DNA of 64,000 nucleotides, taken from positions 175,559,828-175,623,827 of the forward strand of contig NC_052155.1 in assembly GCF_902713615.1 (NCBI RefSeq). Reading direction: 5' to 3'. The position numbers and the translations under genes are program-made. Of the stretch, positions 1 through 13,137 are shown piece by piece. The notes under the pieces are model-generated. The model searched no databases. It was not told the origin of the DNA and saw only the letters and a program-made list of their open reading frames with translations. How positions within the stretch are numbered: the stretch's first letter is position 1; each line of letters opens with the position of its first letter. The stretch is from Scyliorhinus canicula (lineage: Eukaryota).

Positions 1-16
1 TGTGGCAATCTGGAAT

Positions 17-187
17 TTATACCGGTTCTTGGAACATTGCCCGGATTGCCATTGACAACCTGATTCTGAATGCCAATGCTAAACACTTTACAATCGCACA
101 GATCACCAGCTTTTCATTGGCCCTTGCAAGCTTGGCAGAAATAAAGGCAGAAACTGCTGTAAAAACAATCGCCAAGCCAAGCAACAT
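17..187 (-). CDS. Candidate exon encoding a hydrophobic segment (MLLGLAIVFTAVSAFISAKLARANEK...)
   Basis: Strong acceptor tctctctctgcgtag| followed by 56 open codons with a TM-like stretch; in phase with candidate exon 1444-1498. Confidence 0.3.
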   Translation of the reverse strand: MLLGLAIVFTAVSAFISAKLARANEKLVICAIVKCLALAFRIRLSMAIRAMFQEPV

Positions 188-349
188 CTACGCAGAGAGA
201 GACACACACACGCACACAGATTTTCAGGTCCAGTTACCTTTTATCAGAACTGGAAGGTGTTTGGGAAGAACAGCTTCTTAAACAAGTGCAGAGGCCGGGG
301 GATGGGACGCCGCCAGAAGATAGAATGGGGAGCAGGAGTGAATACCTTC

Positions 350-665
350 GGGACGGCACAGTGGTTAGCACTGATGCCTCACAGCGCCAGGGACCCGAGT
401 TCGACTGCTGCCTTGGGTGACGTATCTGTGCGGAGTCTGCACGTTCTCCCCGTGTCTGCGTGGGGCCAGTTGCTCCGGTTTCCACCCACAGTCCAAAGAT
501 GTGCAAGTTAGGTGGATTGCTATAATTAACATCCCCTTAGGGTCCAGCGCTGCGCAGGTTGGGTTACTGGGTTACAGGGAATAGGGCTGGGAGTTGGCCT
601 AGGTAGAGTGCTCTATCAGACTCGCTGGGCCGAATGGCCTCCTTCTGTACTACAGGCATTCTATG
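350..665 (+). mobile_element. HE1-like V-SINE (CR1-tail type)
   Basis: tRNA head ggcacagtggttagcac, V-domain, tail gggccgaatggcctccttctg. Confidence 0.9.
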
Positions 666-1443
666 TTACTTCTATCATTCTAACAGCCTCGCGGCACATT
701 CACCCCCATACCCCTCGCACCGCCACCAATCGCCATCGCTCACCCATCCATGCAGAAGGATAAACTTACATGATTCTCAGGAGAATTGGAGCCATGTTTT
801 TTCAGAGACAGCGGAAGAAGAAGCAGAGGGCGTGCGTGTCACCGCGTCGGCAGGCTGCCTTTTACAGGCCACAACCGAATAAATAGCCAATCAGAGGGCT
901 GGCCACCATTACTGGGCCACTGCCAGGGCTGCACCTGGACTAAGAGGCTGTGCCCCCTCAAAGTATGGTCAGTGGAGGTACTGGGGCCTGTCAGGCAGGC
1001 CCTGGCGAGGGAGGATGGGGGCAGTCACTGAGGGCCGGCGACATGGATGGCATTGCCGCCAAGGGGACCTTCATGAGCCTACGAATGCCCAGAAAGGAAT
1101 GCCCCTCGCTTCCCCAGAGCCCCTGTGAAAATACTGGGGTTTATCTGACGCTCTCACCACGTGACGGAGGGTTTCCCCACTGGTAAAATGGCAGCACAAA
1201 GAGGCCCTTAACTGGCCTCTTACTTGGCTCAGTGAGCGGGATGCCCGCCACCTTGAAAGCAGCTGGAAGAATGGCAGGGAGATGTCAGGCATGCCCTCAG
1301 ACACATTCCCAATGCCAATTTGCCAGCCTTCCTGTTTCCAAGCCCGTCCCTGAAGACCCCTTAAAATTCCAACCAGGACCTTTCCTCACTGCCACGTATG
1401 CATGAAACTTCAGAAAAATTATTGAGATTCAGTTATCAGAAAC

Positions 1444-1498
1444 CTTCTCCAGCCTTTTTGTCCGTTGCAAAGACACTGTGAACATTCCATCTTTTAAC
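1444..1498 (-). CDS. Candidate small exon (LKDGMFTVSLQRTKRLEK)
   Basis: AG/GT bounded, unique sequence, phase-0 end; weak splice sites. Confidence 0.2.
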
Positions 1499-3013
1499 CT
1501 TTGGCTTTAATAAGTTGCGTGGCAAGATTCTAACACCTCACTTTCTGTCAGAACTGTGGCGGAATCCTTTGTTATTAGTTGATATATGGCCTGGTTTATT
1601 ATGTAGCCTTCACATCTTTGGAGATGTTATGATTTATCAGAGGAACAATCCTTGAAGAAATATAGCTCAGTACTGTGATTGTTCTAATGCCAACCCCTTA
1701 TAAAAAATCGCCTTAGTCTCAGATGACCATAGGCTGCCTTCCCCTTTGAGGGGGAAAAGATGACCAGTGGTTGTACAGTTCGCCGATTGGGCAGCGCCAG
1801 TAGTTCCTGTACTTAAGCCAGACAAAACAGTTTGATTGTGTGGTGACTCTAAGTTAATGGTGAATAAGGCCTCTCATTTGGACCGGTAATCAATGCAATG
1901 AATTGAAGATTTGCACGCAACATTGGCTGGGGATCATTCATTTACCAAGCTCGACATGAGCCACACATATCTCCAGCTGGAGTTGAACCCTGAGTCCAAA
2001 CGTTATGTGACCATTAACACACACAGGGGCCTATACGAGGCTGCCATTTGGATTATCGCCGGCTTGTGCTATTTTTTAACGTGTCATGGAAAGCATCCTG
2101 TGAGGGCCACCGCATGTGGTGGTTCATTTGGAGAACATCTTGATTATCGAAGCCATGGAGCGGGACCAGCTGAGCAAGCTACACGAGGTCCCATCAAGCT
2201 GGGCGAGGTCCTCCGCCGATTTTCTGAAACAGGCATCCGGGAGGGAGAAGCGTATTTGCCATACCAAGGAGGTTGTCTATCTGGGATAGCGCGTGGACCG
2301 GGATGGAGGAGAAGGTTCGAGCAATTTGGCAAGCTCATGCTTTACAAAAAAAGCACGAGGAGTGGGTATGGAAAGCACCTCAGGAGGAGGATTTCACCCG
2401 GGTAAAATGACAGTTGACGTTGTTCGGCCTGTATTACGACCCGGCCAAACCGTTGTTTGTCACTGGCGCTGCTTCACCATATGCCATTGGTGCCATGTTT
2501 TCACACTGCATGGGCGATGGTAGAGAACGGCCGATCGCATCTGTGCCCAGGACACTGGCATCAGCAGAGCATAATTAGACACAGATTGAAAAGGAGGGTT
2601 TACGGTGGTGTTTGTGGTGAAAAAGTTCCAGCAGTGCATATACGGCCGCCATTTCACAACCGTGACGGATCACAAGGGACTCCTAAAGGAAAACAAGGCA
2701 ATCCCATGGATAGCGTCCGCCAGAGTCCAAAGGACCCTGCTGTTAGCGGCAGACGAATATAGGTTTGAGTATCGCCCAGGACGCAGATTGCGAACGTGGG
2801 TGCTTTGAACAGGCTCCCGCTGCCGAAGCTCCCCATCTCCTCCCAGAACGGATGGCGCTGTCGCTGAATTTCACGGATACCCTGCCAGTCACCGCTGCTC
2901 AGATCTGCGATGGGACACAGAAAGACCCCATGTTGTCGAAAGCCCACCACATGGTATTGTTCGGAGCTCCGGACTGAAAGCTGCCCGATCACTTGCAGCC
3001 CTTTGCAACCAAG

Positions 3014-3698
3014 GGGCGGGATTCACCGGTATCCAGCGGGCGGGCCGTACCGGCGCCAAAGAGTGGTGTGAACCACTCCGGCGTTGGACTGCCTGGAAGG
3101 TGCGGAATCCTCCGCATCATCGGGGGCTAGGCCGGCGCTGGAGTGGTTGGCACCGCTGACGTGATCCCTGTGCATGCGAAAGGGGTTTCTTCTGCGCGCC
3201 GGCCATGGCGGAGCTTTACAGAGGCCGGCACGGAGGCAAAGAGTGCCCCCACGGCACAGGCCCGCTCGCAGATCGGTGGGCCCCGATCGCGGGCCAAGCC
3301 ACCGAGGCCCCCCCCCCCCCCCGAGCCAGATTCCCCCCCCCCCCCCCCCCCCCCGAGGACTCTGCAGGCCGCCCGCAGAGCCAGGTCCCGCCGGTAAGAT
3401 CCTTGTGTATTCCACGCCGACGGGCCGAAAACGGTCGGCCGCTCGGCTCATCGCAGAGCGGACAATCGCCGGTGGGGCCGCTGCCAACGGCCCCCGACCG
3501 GCGGGGCACGAGACGCCATCCTCCAGGGGGCTGGGTTCTCCACCGGTGAGATGCTCTGTTTTGCCGGCAGCCCGGGGGTTTCCCGACGGAGTGGGGCTGC
3601 CCCACGCTGGGAAACCCCATTGACCAGCCGGCATAACAGAGTATCCCGCCAGCAGGGTGAAATAGAAATGTGGCGCGGCGGGGTGGAGAATCCAGCCC
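3014..3698. mobile_element. GC-rich PIF/Harbinger-like MITE (chimeric)
   Basis: TIR gggcgggattc...gaatccagccc; flanks aag/cag; halves match two different MITE families in the window. Confidence 0.75.
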
Positions 3699-4023
3699 CA
3701 GATCTACACAAAGGACACCCGGGTGTCTCAAAGATGGAAATGCTGGCCCATAGCTACGTGTGGTGGTCGAGCCTGGATGAAGAAATACAGCAGCTGGCCC
3801 AACAGTGTGATGTCTGGTAAGAGCAGCAGAAATGTCCGCCCACCGTGTCACTTCACCCATGGGAATGGCCGAGCCGGCCTTGGGCAAGTCATTGATTTCC
3901 TGGCCCTTTCCAGGGACCCGTTTCTCGTTGATGCACATTCCAAGCGGCTGGAGGTCCACAAGATGTCCTCCAACACTTTGAAAACGACGATCGTAAAGCT
4001 CCAGTTCTCTTTTAACAGATATG

Positions 4024-5876
4024 GGATGCGATTCTCCCAGCCCCGCGCCGGGCCGGAGAATCGCCGTAACCGCGCCACGCCACCCCAAACGCCGGCGCGC
4101 GAATCTCCAAGTTGCAGACTTGCCATTTGCGCCGGCGAGTTTGGCCAGACCACCGATTCACCAGCCCGGATGGGCCAAGCGGCTACGCGGATACGGGCAG
4201 AGTTCCACTGGCGCCATTCACCCCTGGTCACTGCCGGCAGGAACTCTGCGCGAAGGGTCGGGGGGCGGCATGGGTTCCGTCCCTGGAGGCGCCTACGATG
4301 GGGTCTGGTCCGCGATCGGGGCCCACCGATCGGCGGGCCGGCCTCTCCCCTCCCAGGCCTACTCTGTTGCGTTGCCGACCCCTGAACCCCCACGCCATGT
4401 CGTGTTGGGGCCGGCACGCTGAAGAAGTCCCCCACGAATATGCAGGGCGGCGTGGCCCAACTGTGCATGGCCAGAGCAATTTTTATACTATGCAAGTTCC
4501 AAATCCCCTTACTTTTAAGTTCCAATATGTTGTCCTCTCGATTGCTTCATGCAAGCTTGTAATCTGAGGATATTTCTGATCGATTTGCAGAAGACGTGCA
4601 CTTGTGATATATTTGGCACAGTCGGTGAAACCATTCTGAGAATAGCGTGAATTAGTACAATTTTTTTATTTGAATGCAGTCATTTACAATTGGCATTCAT
4701 GGTTATTTCTTTCCACGATTTATATGTGCCCATTTGGCGCCGGGAAGGGAGGCTGGGGTGGCATGGGGGCCAGAATGAGATGGCCCCGTGCCCGTTTCGC
4801 GCTGTCCTGAAACGCGACAGCGTTCACGACAACACAAACACTTAGGGCGTGATTCTCCAAGCCCCGCGCCAGGCCGAAGAATCGCTGCAACCACGCATCG
4901 CCGCCCCGGCACTGATCGGCAGGCCGTCTCCCCCCACCCCCTCCCTCCGCTTCCGGCCCAAGAACCCCTGCATCATGTTGCGCCGGGGTCTGCGCCTGCG
5001 CAGGTTGGTGCTGCACCCAGTCTGCACCAGGATGTATAAGGTTGGAGCGGCGTGAACCTGTGGGGGCAGAATCCCTACTGCCCGCGCCCGTTTTACACCA
5101 TCATGAAACGCGATGACGTTCACAACGTCGCGAACACTTAGGGCGCGATTCTCCGCCCCCCACGACGGGTCGGAGAATAGCGGGAGGGCCTTCCCGACAT
5201 TTTTCCCGCCCTCCCGCTATTCTCCCCCCCCCCCCAACTCCCGACACGAATCGCTGCCGCCGTTTTTTTACGGCCGGCAGCGATTCACAGCTGATAGATG
5301 GGCCGAAGTCCCAGCCCTTTACGCTGTTTTTACGAACGGCAAACACACCTGGTCTGGCCGTTCGTAAAAACGGCGGGAACAACTCGCTTTTTATAACCAT
5401 GGCACCGATTGGCACGGCAGTACCACGGCCGTGCCAAGGGTGCCATGGGCCCGCGATCGGTGGGCACCGATCGCGGGCAGCGGGCCCGATGCCCGCGCAC
5501 TATTTCTCCTTCCGCCGCCCCGCAGTATCCATTCGCGGGGCGGCTGAGGGGCAACCCGGCCCGCGCATGCGCGGGTTTCGTGCAAATACGCAATGACGTC
5601 ATCCGCGCATGCGCGGGTTGGAGTCTTCTAATCCGCGCATGCGTGGCTGACGTCATATGACGCGTCAGCCGGCGCTAACTCCGGCAAGCGGGCTTAGCAA
5701 AATTCGTTAAGCCCGTGATGCCGGAGCCTACGGCGTCGGGCTGCTAGCCCCGACCGGGGACCAGAATCGGTTCCCGGTCGGGAAGGGGCGCGCTGGCGTC
5801 AAACCCGGGCAGCCTTACAATTTCTCCCGTTTTGGGAGAATCGCGCCCACTGTCTCCATTTTGGAGAATTGGGTCC
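4024..5876. mobile_element. Nested cluster of Harbinger-like MITEs inside the Gypsy integrase
   Basis: Outer TIRs with ATG/ATG duplication; inner elements start at 4845 and 5141 (TIR gggcgcgattctcc...ggagaatcgcgccc ending 5848). Confidence 0.8.
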
Positions 5877-6499
5877 ATGGTATCCCGAAGGTGTTGATTA
5901 TGATAATGGCACCCCGTTTACCAGCAAAGAATTCGGCAGTTTTATGAAGACCAACAGGGTCCAATATCATCAGCTGGCCGAAAGAGTGGTGCAATCTTTT
6001 AAAAGGGGCTTACAGAAGCCCCTTGGACACCAGGCTGGCTAAATTTCTATTTTGCTACCATACCGCACCACACCACATGCCGCGACTAGTGTAGCACCGG
6101 CAGAACCTTTAACTAGCCGATGGTTCCAGACCCGCCTCAGCCTCACATTCCCCGATATTGCCGGGGAAGTGCGGCGGACACACAGTTAGCGGGGCGTAGA
6201 CCAGACAGGCGTCCATGGGTCTGGCAGTTCAGGCCAGGGGACATGGTTCCCGTTCGGAACTTCGGCAACGGCGCCTCGTGGGTTCCTGGGAAGGTAGTGC
6301 TGCAAATAGGGCTAGTCGCCTACCAGGTGGGGACAGGAGACCTGACAATGAAGACGCAGGTAGACCACTTCAGCGGTAGGAGACCAGCATTAGGCCACGC
6401 CCCATCCGCAGGCTTCTACAAATCGACCCAAAAAAGCTTTGGGCCGTCAGTCCCTGGGGGGCTCGACACCGGAGGTCTGCTGGATCCCAGGAATCAGCT

Positions 6500-8335
6500 G
6501 GGTCCCTGTCTGGTGCTGAACCTGCCAAAGTGGTCACCCCGAAGCTGATGGAGACGATAAGGGGCAGCCGGGACATTCAGAGGGAGATGTCAATGACACT
6601 CCAGCAGGTACATAGCCGCTTGGAGGAGTCCCAGAGGCTACAGTTGCAGATGTCGCCGGCAATGCATGGCACTGAGGCCAACACTTTAGGGTGGTGGCGG
6701 CAGTGGAGAGCTTCATTCAGACTTAGGCACCATTATTGAAATTGTTCAAGGCATCACGCAATCGGTGACGGCCGTGGCTGAGTGTCTCGGCAGAATGTCC
6801 GCCTCACTGGGGGGGTGTCACTTAGTACCAGGCTGACCTTGATGAGATTCTGTGGAACATGTCCCGCTCTCAGATAGGAATGGGCAAGGTGCTGCGGAGC
6901 TTGTCCCAGTCACAGGTGGGCAAGGCTGAGGGGCTGCAGAGCGTGGCCCAGTCACCGAGGAGCATCACCGAGTGCGTCGACACCATGCAGCAGAACATGG
7001 GGCACCGCCAGGGCTGGCAGAGCCAGATGATGCAGGGGCAGTCGGAGCTCGAACCATCCCGAGGTGAACCCATTGGCCCTATGGGCACCAACCAAGAGGA
7101 GGAGGTGATGAGTGCCAACTCGGGCTCGTCCCATGGAGTGGCAACGGTGACCACCAGCTCCCCCGAGTTCCACCCCTCTGATGAGGCCGCATCTCACAGC
7201 CAGCACATGGGACAGGGCGGCACGGCTGTGCATCGACAAGTGAGTCGGGGGCCCTCCGACCCCAGAGGACGCTGGCCAGGAGCATCAAAAGCCACGGGAC
7301 GAGGTAAGCAGCTGGCTGCCTCCACCTCAGGTGTGAATCCTGGGGACACATCTAGATGTAGCGATAGAGCTGGGAGGGCCAAACACATTGACGATCATTG
7401 AGGGCACCGGTGGAGGATGGACGGGGTGGGGTGGGAGGTAGGGTTGAGAGGGGGTGTAGGGGGAGGCGAGGCGGCACCATCGGGGGAGTTGTTAAACACA
7501 ATAAACACTCATGGGCACAACTAGTGTGATGCCTCTGTCACTTTCTTGCACAATACGGGCCGACCTCCGAACCCTTGGCACATCTCTCCAGGCATCTCCC
7601 CCTCCCCCGTGACACTCACCCACCCTCCGGCCTTGGCCATGTCGCCGGAGCTGTGTCCCATCTCCTAGGTGTGCGGCTGCTGCGTGTGTGGTGTTGCCTC
7701 CCGCAGCGGTCAGGCACAGTGTCCAGGCAGCAAGGTGTGATCGGGATGCTGGGCAATGACTCCACATGCTCCATGGCCCGCCCACCCACAGCAATCCACT
7801 TGGGTTGAGTGAAGTGCTCACTTAACCACAATTGCCAATTCCCGATAAGCGATAGCCTTCAGCCGCACGGCCATAGGCCTCAGTGGACAGTGGGGGTTAT
7901 GGCTGGTCGGTGGGGCAGCAGGGCACGAACAAGAATGGGTACACACGATCCAGGGGTTAGCATGGTGGTGCCACGAGCGCTTACCCTCAGTTGTCCCCCA
8001 GCACCTCCCCCACGACCCCCCCATGATAACCCACCCCCAGCCGAGTGCCCCATCCCCAGCCGAGTGTCCCCACCCCCCCCTCCGAACACTGTGGTGGCAA
8101 ACCCAGTCCACCGGGCTCTTTGCCTGTCAGCAAAGATGGCCACTCACCTCCTCGGCTGCCCACAGAACCCCTTCCGCCAGGTTCACGTTTTTCAAAAGGA
8201 GCACTAATCGGTGCCAGCGTAACCACTTGCTGGGGAGCCTGCTGAATGACGGGAGGCCGTTGGATATGGGGTGGCTCCCGTTAAATGTATGGAAATAGGG
8301 CTTAAGTGGTGATAATTGGTTTCTCGCCATCCTAC
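6500..8335. mobile_element. Probable Harbinger element remnant (accessory-protein C-terminus plus subterminal region)
   Basis: Broken coiled-coil/low-complexity ORFs 6530-7401 with AATAAA near 7500; family assignment from recalled resemblance only. Confidence 0.4.
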
Positions 8336-8338
8336 AAT

Positions 8339-8668
8339 GCAGGTCCATGTCCCAGTCTGTACAGTTAACGCAGGTCCATGTCCCAGTCTGTACAGTTAAC
8401 GCAGGTCCATGTCCCAGTCTGTACAGTTAACGCAGGTCCCTGTCCCAGTCTGTACAGTTAACGCAGGTCCATGTCCCAGTCTGTACAGTTAACGCAGGTC
8501 CCTGTCCCAGTCTGTACAGTTAACGCAGGTCCATGTCCCAGTCTGTACAGTTAACGCAGGTCCATGTCCCAGTCTGTACAGTTAACGCAGGTCCATGTCC
8601 CAGTCTGTACAGTTAACGCAGACCCTGTCCCAGTCTGTACAGTTAACGCAGGTCCATGTCCCAGTCTG
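8339..8668 (+). repeat. 31-bp minisatellite (GCAGGTCCATGTCCCAGTCTGTACAGTTAAC), about 10.7 copies
   Basis: Directly visible near-perfect tandem units. Confidence 0.97.
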
Positions 8669-9447
8669 CTGCTCAACAATTTGAGAACATCCTGCACATA
8701 TCACTGAAGTTGGTGGTGTGATACTGGATGAAAGGACAGCAGTGAGGAGGACAGCCTTGTGTGGTCACCCTGGCTACAGTCATGTTTAGCCTACGGCAGG
8801 AGCTTCATTTGGGCATCTGCCCAACTTTGAAGTTTCTCATTACGTACGCTTCCGGCATCCTGTCTTCCACATCCTCCCCCTGGATGTTTCAATGCTCCTG
8901 ACGTTTCCACAGTAGATTAGATAGCCACAGTTAAACTAAGCCCTAGGTTTGAATCTTAATGCACCGACTGACAAGCTGCTCGCTTATTGCTTGGCAGTGA
9001 AATCTCATCCATCTTGTAATGTATGGAAGGCCCAGGTTCTCCTCCGACCAAAATAATAAAAATGTCTGAATGAACAAGTTTGATAGGCTCACGGCCTCTT
9101 CTCCCTATCTGCCAGGAGATCTCAAAGATGGGAATTTAATGATGGGGCCAATGCCTGCACAGACTCTGCTCAAACTGTTGTGCTTTACTTCCAGTTTATA
9201 CCTGAAGAGCAAGCAGAGGGCAAAATAATCTTCAACCCTAAATTCTAATTATTCTTTTTGTCAGCAATAGTGGTAATGTTTCGATATAGAGTGCCTGAAT
9301 TAGTGATAAGAGTGAGATAGTCCAGAGTTATACCCATTCTAAAATGCACCTATAATCCTGGCCAAAGTGGGGCATGTAGACAATTGCCAGGGTGGTATCC
9401 CAGATTGACACCAGAACGAGAATGGGGGTTAAGTCTGTGGAATATAC

Positions 9448-9795
9448 AGTGGCACAGTGGTTAGCACTGCTGCCTCATAGCGCCAGGGCCCCGGGATCAA
9501 TTCTGACCTTGGGTGACAGCCTGTGTGGAGCGTGTACGTTCTCCCCGCGTCTGCGTGGGTTTCCTCCGGGTGCTCCGGTTTCCTCCCACAATGTAAGGAT
9601 GAGCAAGTCAGGTGGATTGGTCATGATAAATTGCCCCTCAGTGCCCAAACGTGTGCAGGTTTGGTGGGGTTGTGAAGATGGGGAGGGGTTGGGGCGAGGG
9701 AGTGGGCCTAGGTAGGGTGCTGTTTCAGAGAGAGGGTCGGTGCAGACTCGATGGGCTGAATGGCCTCCTCTTGCACTGTAGGAAGTCTATGGTTC
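9448..9795 (+). mobile_element. HE1-like V-SINE
   Basis: Same head, core and tail. Confidence 0.9.
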
Positions 9796-9949
9796 TAGGT
9801 ATCCATCCATCAGTATCAAAGCAGGAAACGAGTGAGTTCACAGGCTTGGAACGTCCACAAACCTTATCTGAACCCTCAGCTTTGACTGAAGTCATCAAAA
9901 TCTATCCCCAGCTGTGCGATTAAGAAAGGGTTCAGCAATCCGACTTTCA

Positions 9950-11460
9950 GCAGTTTCAGGCAGGAAAGCATCTCTTTCTGCCCTGGAGCTCTTACCACAG
10001 TGTTGTCCATCAGCATTTCCATGCTTGCCGCTATACTGGGGGCAGACTAGCAGCAGGAAGAAGAGGAAAGGACAGAGGCAAGCAGAAGAATTCTTTGCTG
10101 AAGGAGATGAAGATCAATTAACCGCCCAGGTCAGCTGACAGAGCACGGTACTCCCTCGATACGTCTCAGCAGCGCCTCCTTATGGAGACAATGGCTCAGT
10201 AAGGAGGCAGAGAAAGAATAATGTCCCATTGCAAACTGACCTCCAAACGTCCTCTCAATCACCAAACCATTCAAGAAATGAAAACCCTTTGAAATACGGA
10301 TCTTCACGTCACGGTGTTTTCACTGTGCACGGATATAGTTACAGCGAGTGTCTCTTTTTATCAATGTGAGTCCGGTGTTTTTCCGTGGCATCCTATATTC
10401 TGTTACAGGGCTGTGTTGAGGTGATGATCGCTAAAGGATCAGGTCAGCAGGGGTGCCTGCTGCACTGTGGTGTTAGGACCGTCTGCGAACGGAGAGGATC
10501 CTCTTCCCAGGGCTCCTGAAACCCTGCGGACCACTCTTCAGAAGGCCACATTGCCATTACAGGTGTGTATAAAGCCTGTACCCTGCCCAACACCAATCGG
10601 GATTTACAGATGCTGACTGGAGACAGGGGGATGTCATTACTGAGGTGGATCCTATACACAGTACTTGTGCTCGGTTCTGGATCTGAGTGCCCACTGATCA
10701 CTGGGAGGGCGGGTGTTTTGCTATCAGTTAGTCTGCAGGCCATGGGAAATGGCATCCCCAAACATCTCAAAAGTTGATGTCTCCCTCCAAATTCCCCCTC
10801 CCCAAAGGCCTGACGCCATGGTACAATTCACTGACTGATCCAGTGGCCTCTCTGTCAGCGCAAAGATTCCACTGACTCCAGGCAGTGCTGCAGGGACTGA
10901 ATCCTTCTTGGATGTTGACACGGAGGATGGCACTGGGCGCTTCCGCCACTCTTACCTCAGGTCTCTTCCAATGATCCTCAGTGGGACCTCCAGGAGAGCA
11001 CCATGCTCACCCAGCATCCCACCGTATCGGCCAGGATCCCAGCAACGTGAGACCTCAAGACCCTTCACTGACACCTGCAGAGCCCCCATTCCTCACAAGC
11101 AGATCCCATCTTGACCTCTGAATTCTCTGGTCCTGTGAAGGTAGTAATTAAAGAGCCTCAAACCTATAGGCAGCAAGGAAGGATCAGGGGAGTAGATCGT
11201 TTACCTTACTGCTCGAGAGAGACCTGCATTGCATAGAAATGTTGGGACTCACAAAGGTAGCATTTAATGTCACCACCTCCTCCCCTCCACATTCTTGATG
11301 GATTTCTTGTCCTCCACACTAAACAGATCATCCCTCCTCCTCCTCCATATTCCCGTAAGGCCAGCTGCCTGAAGTTTGCTGTATATTTCTCTGATATAAA
11401 AAAAAACACCTTTGTTCTTTCACTTGCTTCCATCAATGCTGCCAGTGCCCCTTTAAGTAG
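9950..11460. mobile_element. Degraded Harbinger-like element
   Basis: 10140-10250 reads RARYSLDTSQQRLL..LSKEA..CPLQTDLQ, like a HARBI1-type transposase N-terminus; remainder degenerate. Confidence 0.35.
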
Positions 11461-11925
11461 CAAGTTTTAGATCCGAAACGTAAAATCCGAAACTAGCAAT
11501 TCTGAAATTTTACTGGCGTTTCCACATTCCCAATGTCATTGTTGCTTTAAACATTGATGGTTTCGTATTGCACAGCTTAACATTGCACTGCCTGATGCTG
11601 TTCGATATTTTACAATTTAACATTGCACAGTTCAAAATTGTGCAAGTTAAACAAAGCCTATTTTCTAATCCACACGTTGCACACAGCCTTAGCAAAAGGT
11701 GCAACAGGCGCAAGATTGCACAGTGGCTAAACCATCTGCAGTATTAAAGTTCAAATATGCACAGCACAAACAAACCCCCCTGAGAGCAACTGTACAACTG
11801 AGATCAGTTAATCATATTCCTCGAGGTGCCCTTGTCACCTTGCTCCTTTGTTTGACAAGGTTCTGCCCTGGCAGCACTGCACCCATGGCAATAATAGGCA
11901 TCAAACGCAAATGTTATTACCCAAG

Positions 11926-13137
11926 GATATGTGACGCCTTTTAAACCTTTCTTAATTTAAGATGGACCCTGCAGATTAAACAGTTCGCAACAGAATACAG
12001 AAAGCCAGAGAATTCGTGGACAAAAGACAATAATAATCCATCATCAGCTGTTCAAGACATGCATGCTGGCAATTTCATCTTGCCTACACTGGCAATGATT
12101 TATTGAATGTTTCCGCAGCCAACGCAGAGTAAGAATTGGGGTTTCCCCTCTAATGTATTCCTTTGATTCGGAACTAGAGGGATACATTCAGGGCCCTGTG
12201 CAAGTAACCAATACGAGGGTCGCTAGGAACTGGTCCTTGGGTTGATACCAAAACTCATCGCACCTCCAAGAGAACCTCATTACTCATCTTCTTGGTAGCC
12301 TCCAATTTAAACCAGCCACCTCGCAGGCAGCGGCTCTGAGGTAAACTGGAAGAGGTGGGGGTGGAGGGAAGATAGACGATTGTGGACTAGCTGCCCTTTT
12401 GAGCTCTTCATTCAGTAAAAATATGAGAAAAACTTAACGATTTCCTGGCCATTACATGCGGTCCCTTTAAGGACCATTGGTTAGTCGGCCCCTAATCCAG
12501 GGAACCTTGGACAAGGGATCTAACATCTGTCTGAGGCAGCCTGGGAGGTTTCTGAAAAGACGACTGAGCAAATCTGGATTCTGAGCATTTTCAGCTGTCC
12601 TTGGCCCGTGGGACACAGCCCTGGGAACTTGTTCATTTGCTCCATGTTTCCCACCTGGGGAGCCGGTGCAATTAGGTCCACTTTCTCCCCCAAGGTCTTG
12701 GGCATAATGGCACAAAGAATATAATTGGCCTAAAGCGAGCAGGGCGAAGGGGCAGGTCATTGACTCTTTTACTGGCCTACAGTGGCATACAAATGATGTC
12801 CTTCACCTATATATCCTGCCGATATAATTAACAAACCATTAACTGGATGGACCGATGACAAAAACAAGGAAATAAACAGTGTAAAAACCAATGAGTATAG
12901 TCTTATACAAAGATATGTGACGCCTTTTAAACCTTTCTTAATTTAAGATGGACCCTGCAGGTTAAACAGTTCGCAACAGAATACAGAAAGCTAGAGAATT
13001 CGTGGACAAAAGACAATAATAATCCATCATCAGCTGTTCAAGACATGCATGCTGGCAATTTCATCTTGCCTACACTGGCAATGATTTATTGAATGTTTCC
13101 ACAGCTGACGCAGAGTAAGAATTGGGGTTTCCCCTCT
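11926..13137 (+). repeat. 226-bp direct repeat (11926-12151 and 12912-13137), probably tandem LTRs
   Basis: Near-identical copies 986 bp apart; unit 11930-12909 runs TG...CA with a TATA-like motif and AATAAA, flanked by aggata/aagata. Confidence 0.75.

Larger units (their letters stand above)
1771..6450 (+). mobile_element. Degenerate Ty3/Gypsy pol (RT-RNaseH-integrase), interrupted by MITEs
   Basis: WAAPVVPVLKPD..LCGD, FTKLDMSHTYLQL, TINTHRGLY, VKKFQQCIYGRHFTTVTDHK, LHKGHPGVSKM, YGIP..DNGTPFTS; many stops and frameshifts. Confidence 0.9.

Noticed and set aside
3023-5660. Many overlapping Pro/Gly/Arg-rich ORFs (also 16713-17436, 36643-37508, 55247-55576)
   Set aside because: GC-rich palindromic MITE sequence lacking stops.
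8339-8668. CRISPR-like 31-bp repeats
   Set aside because: Head-to-tail with no spacers, no cas genes, eukaryotic context.
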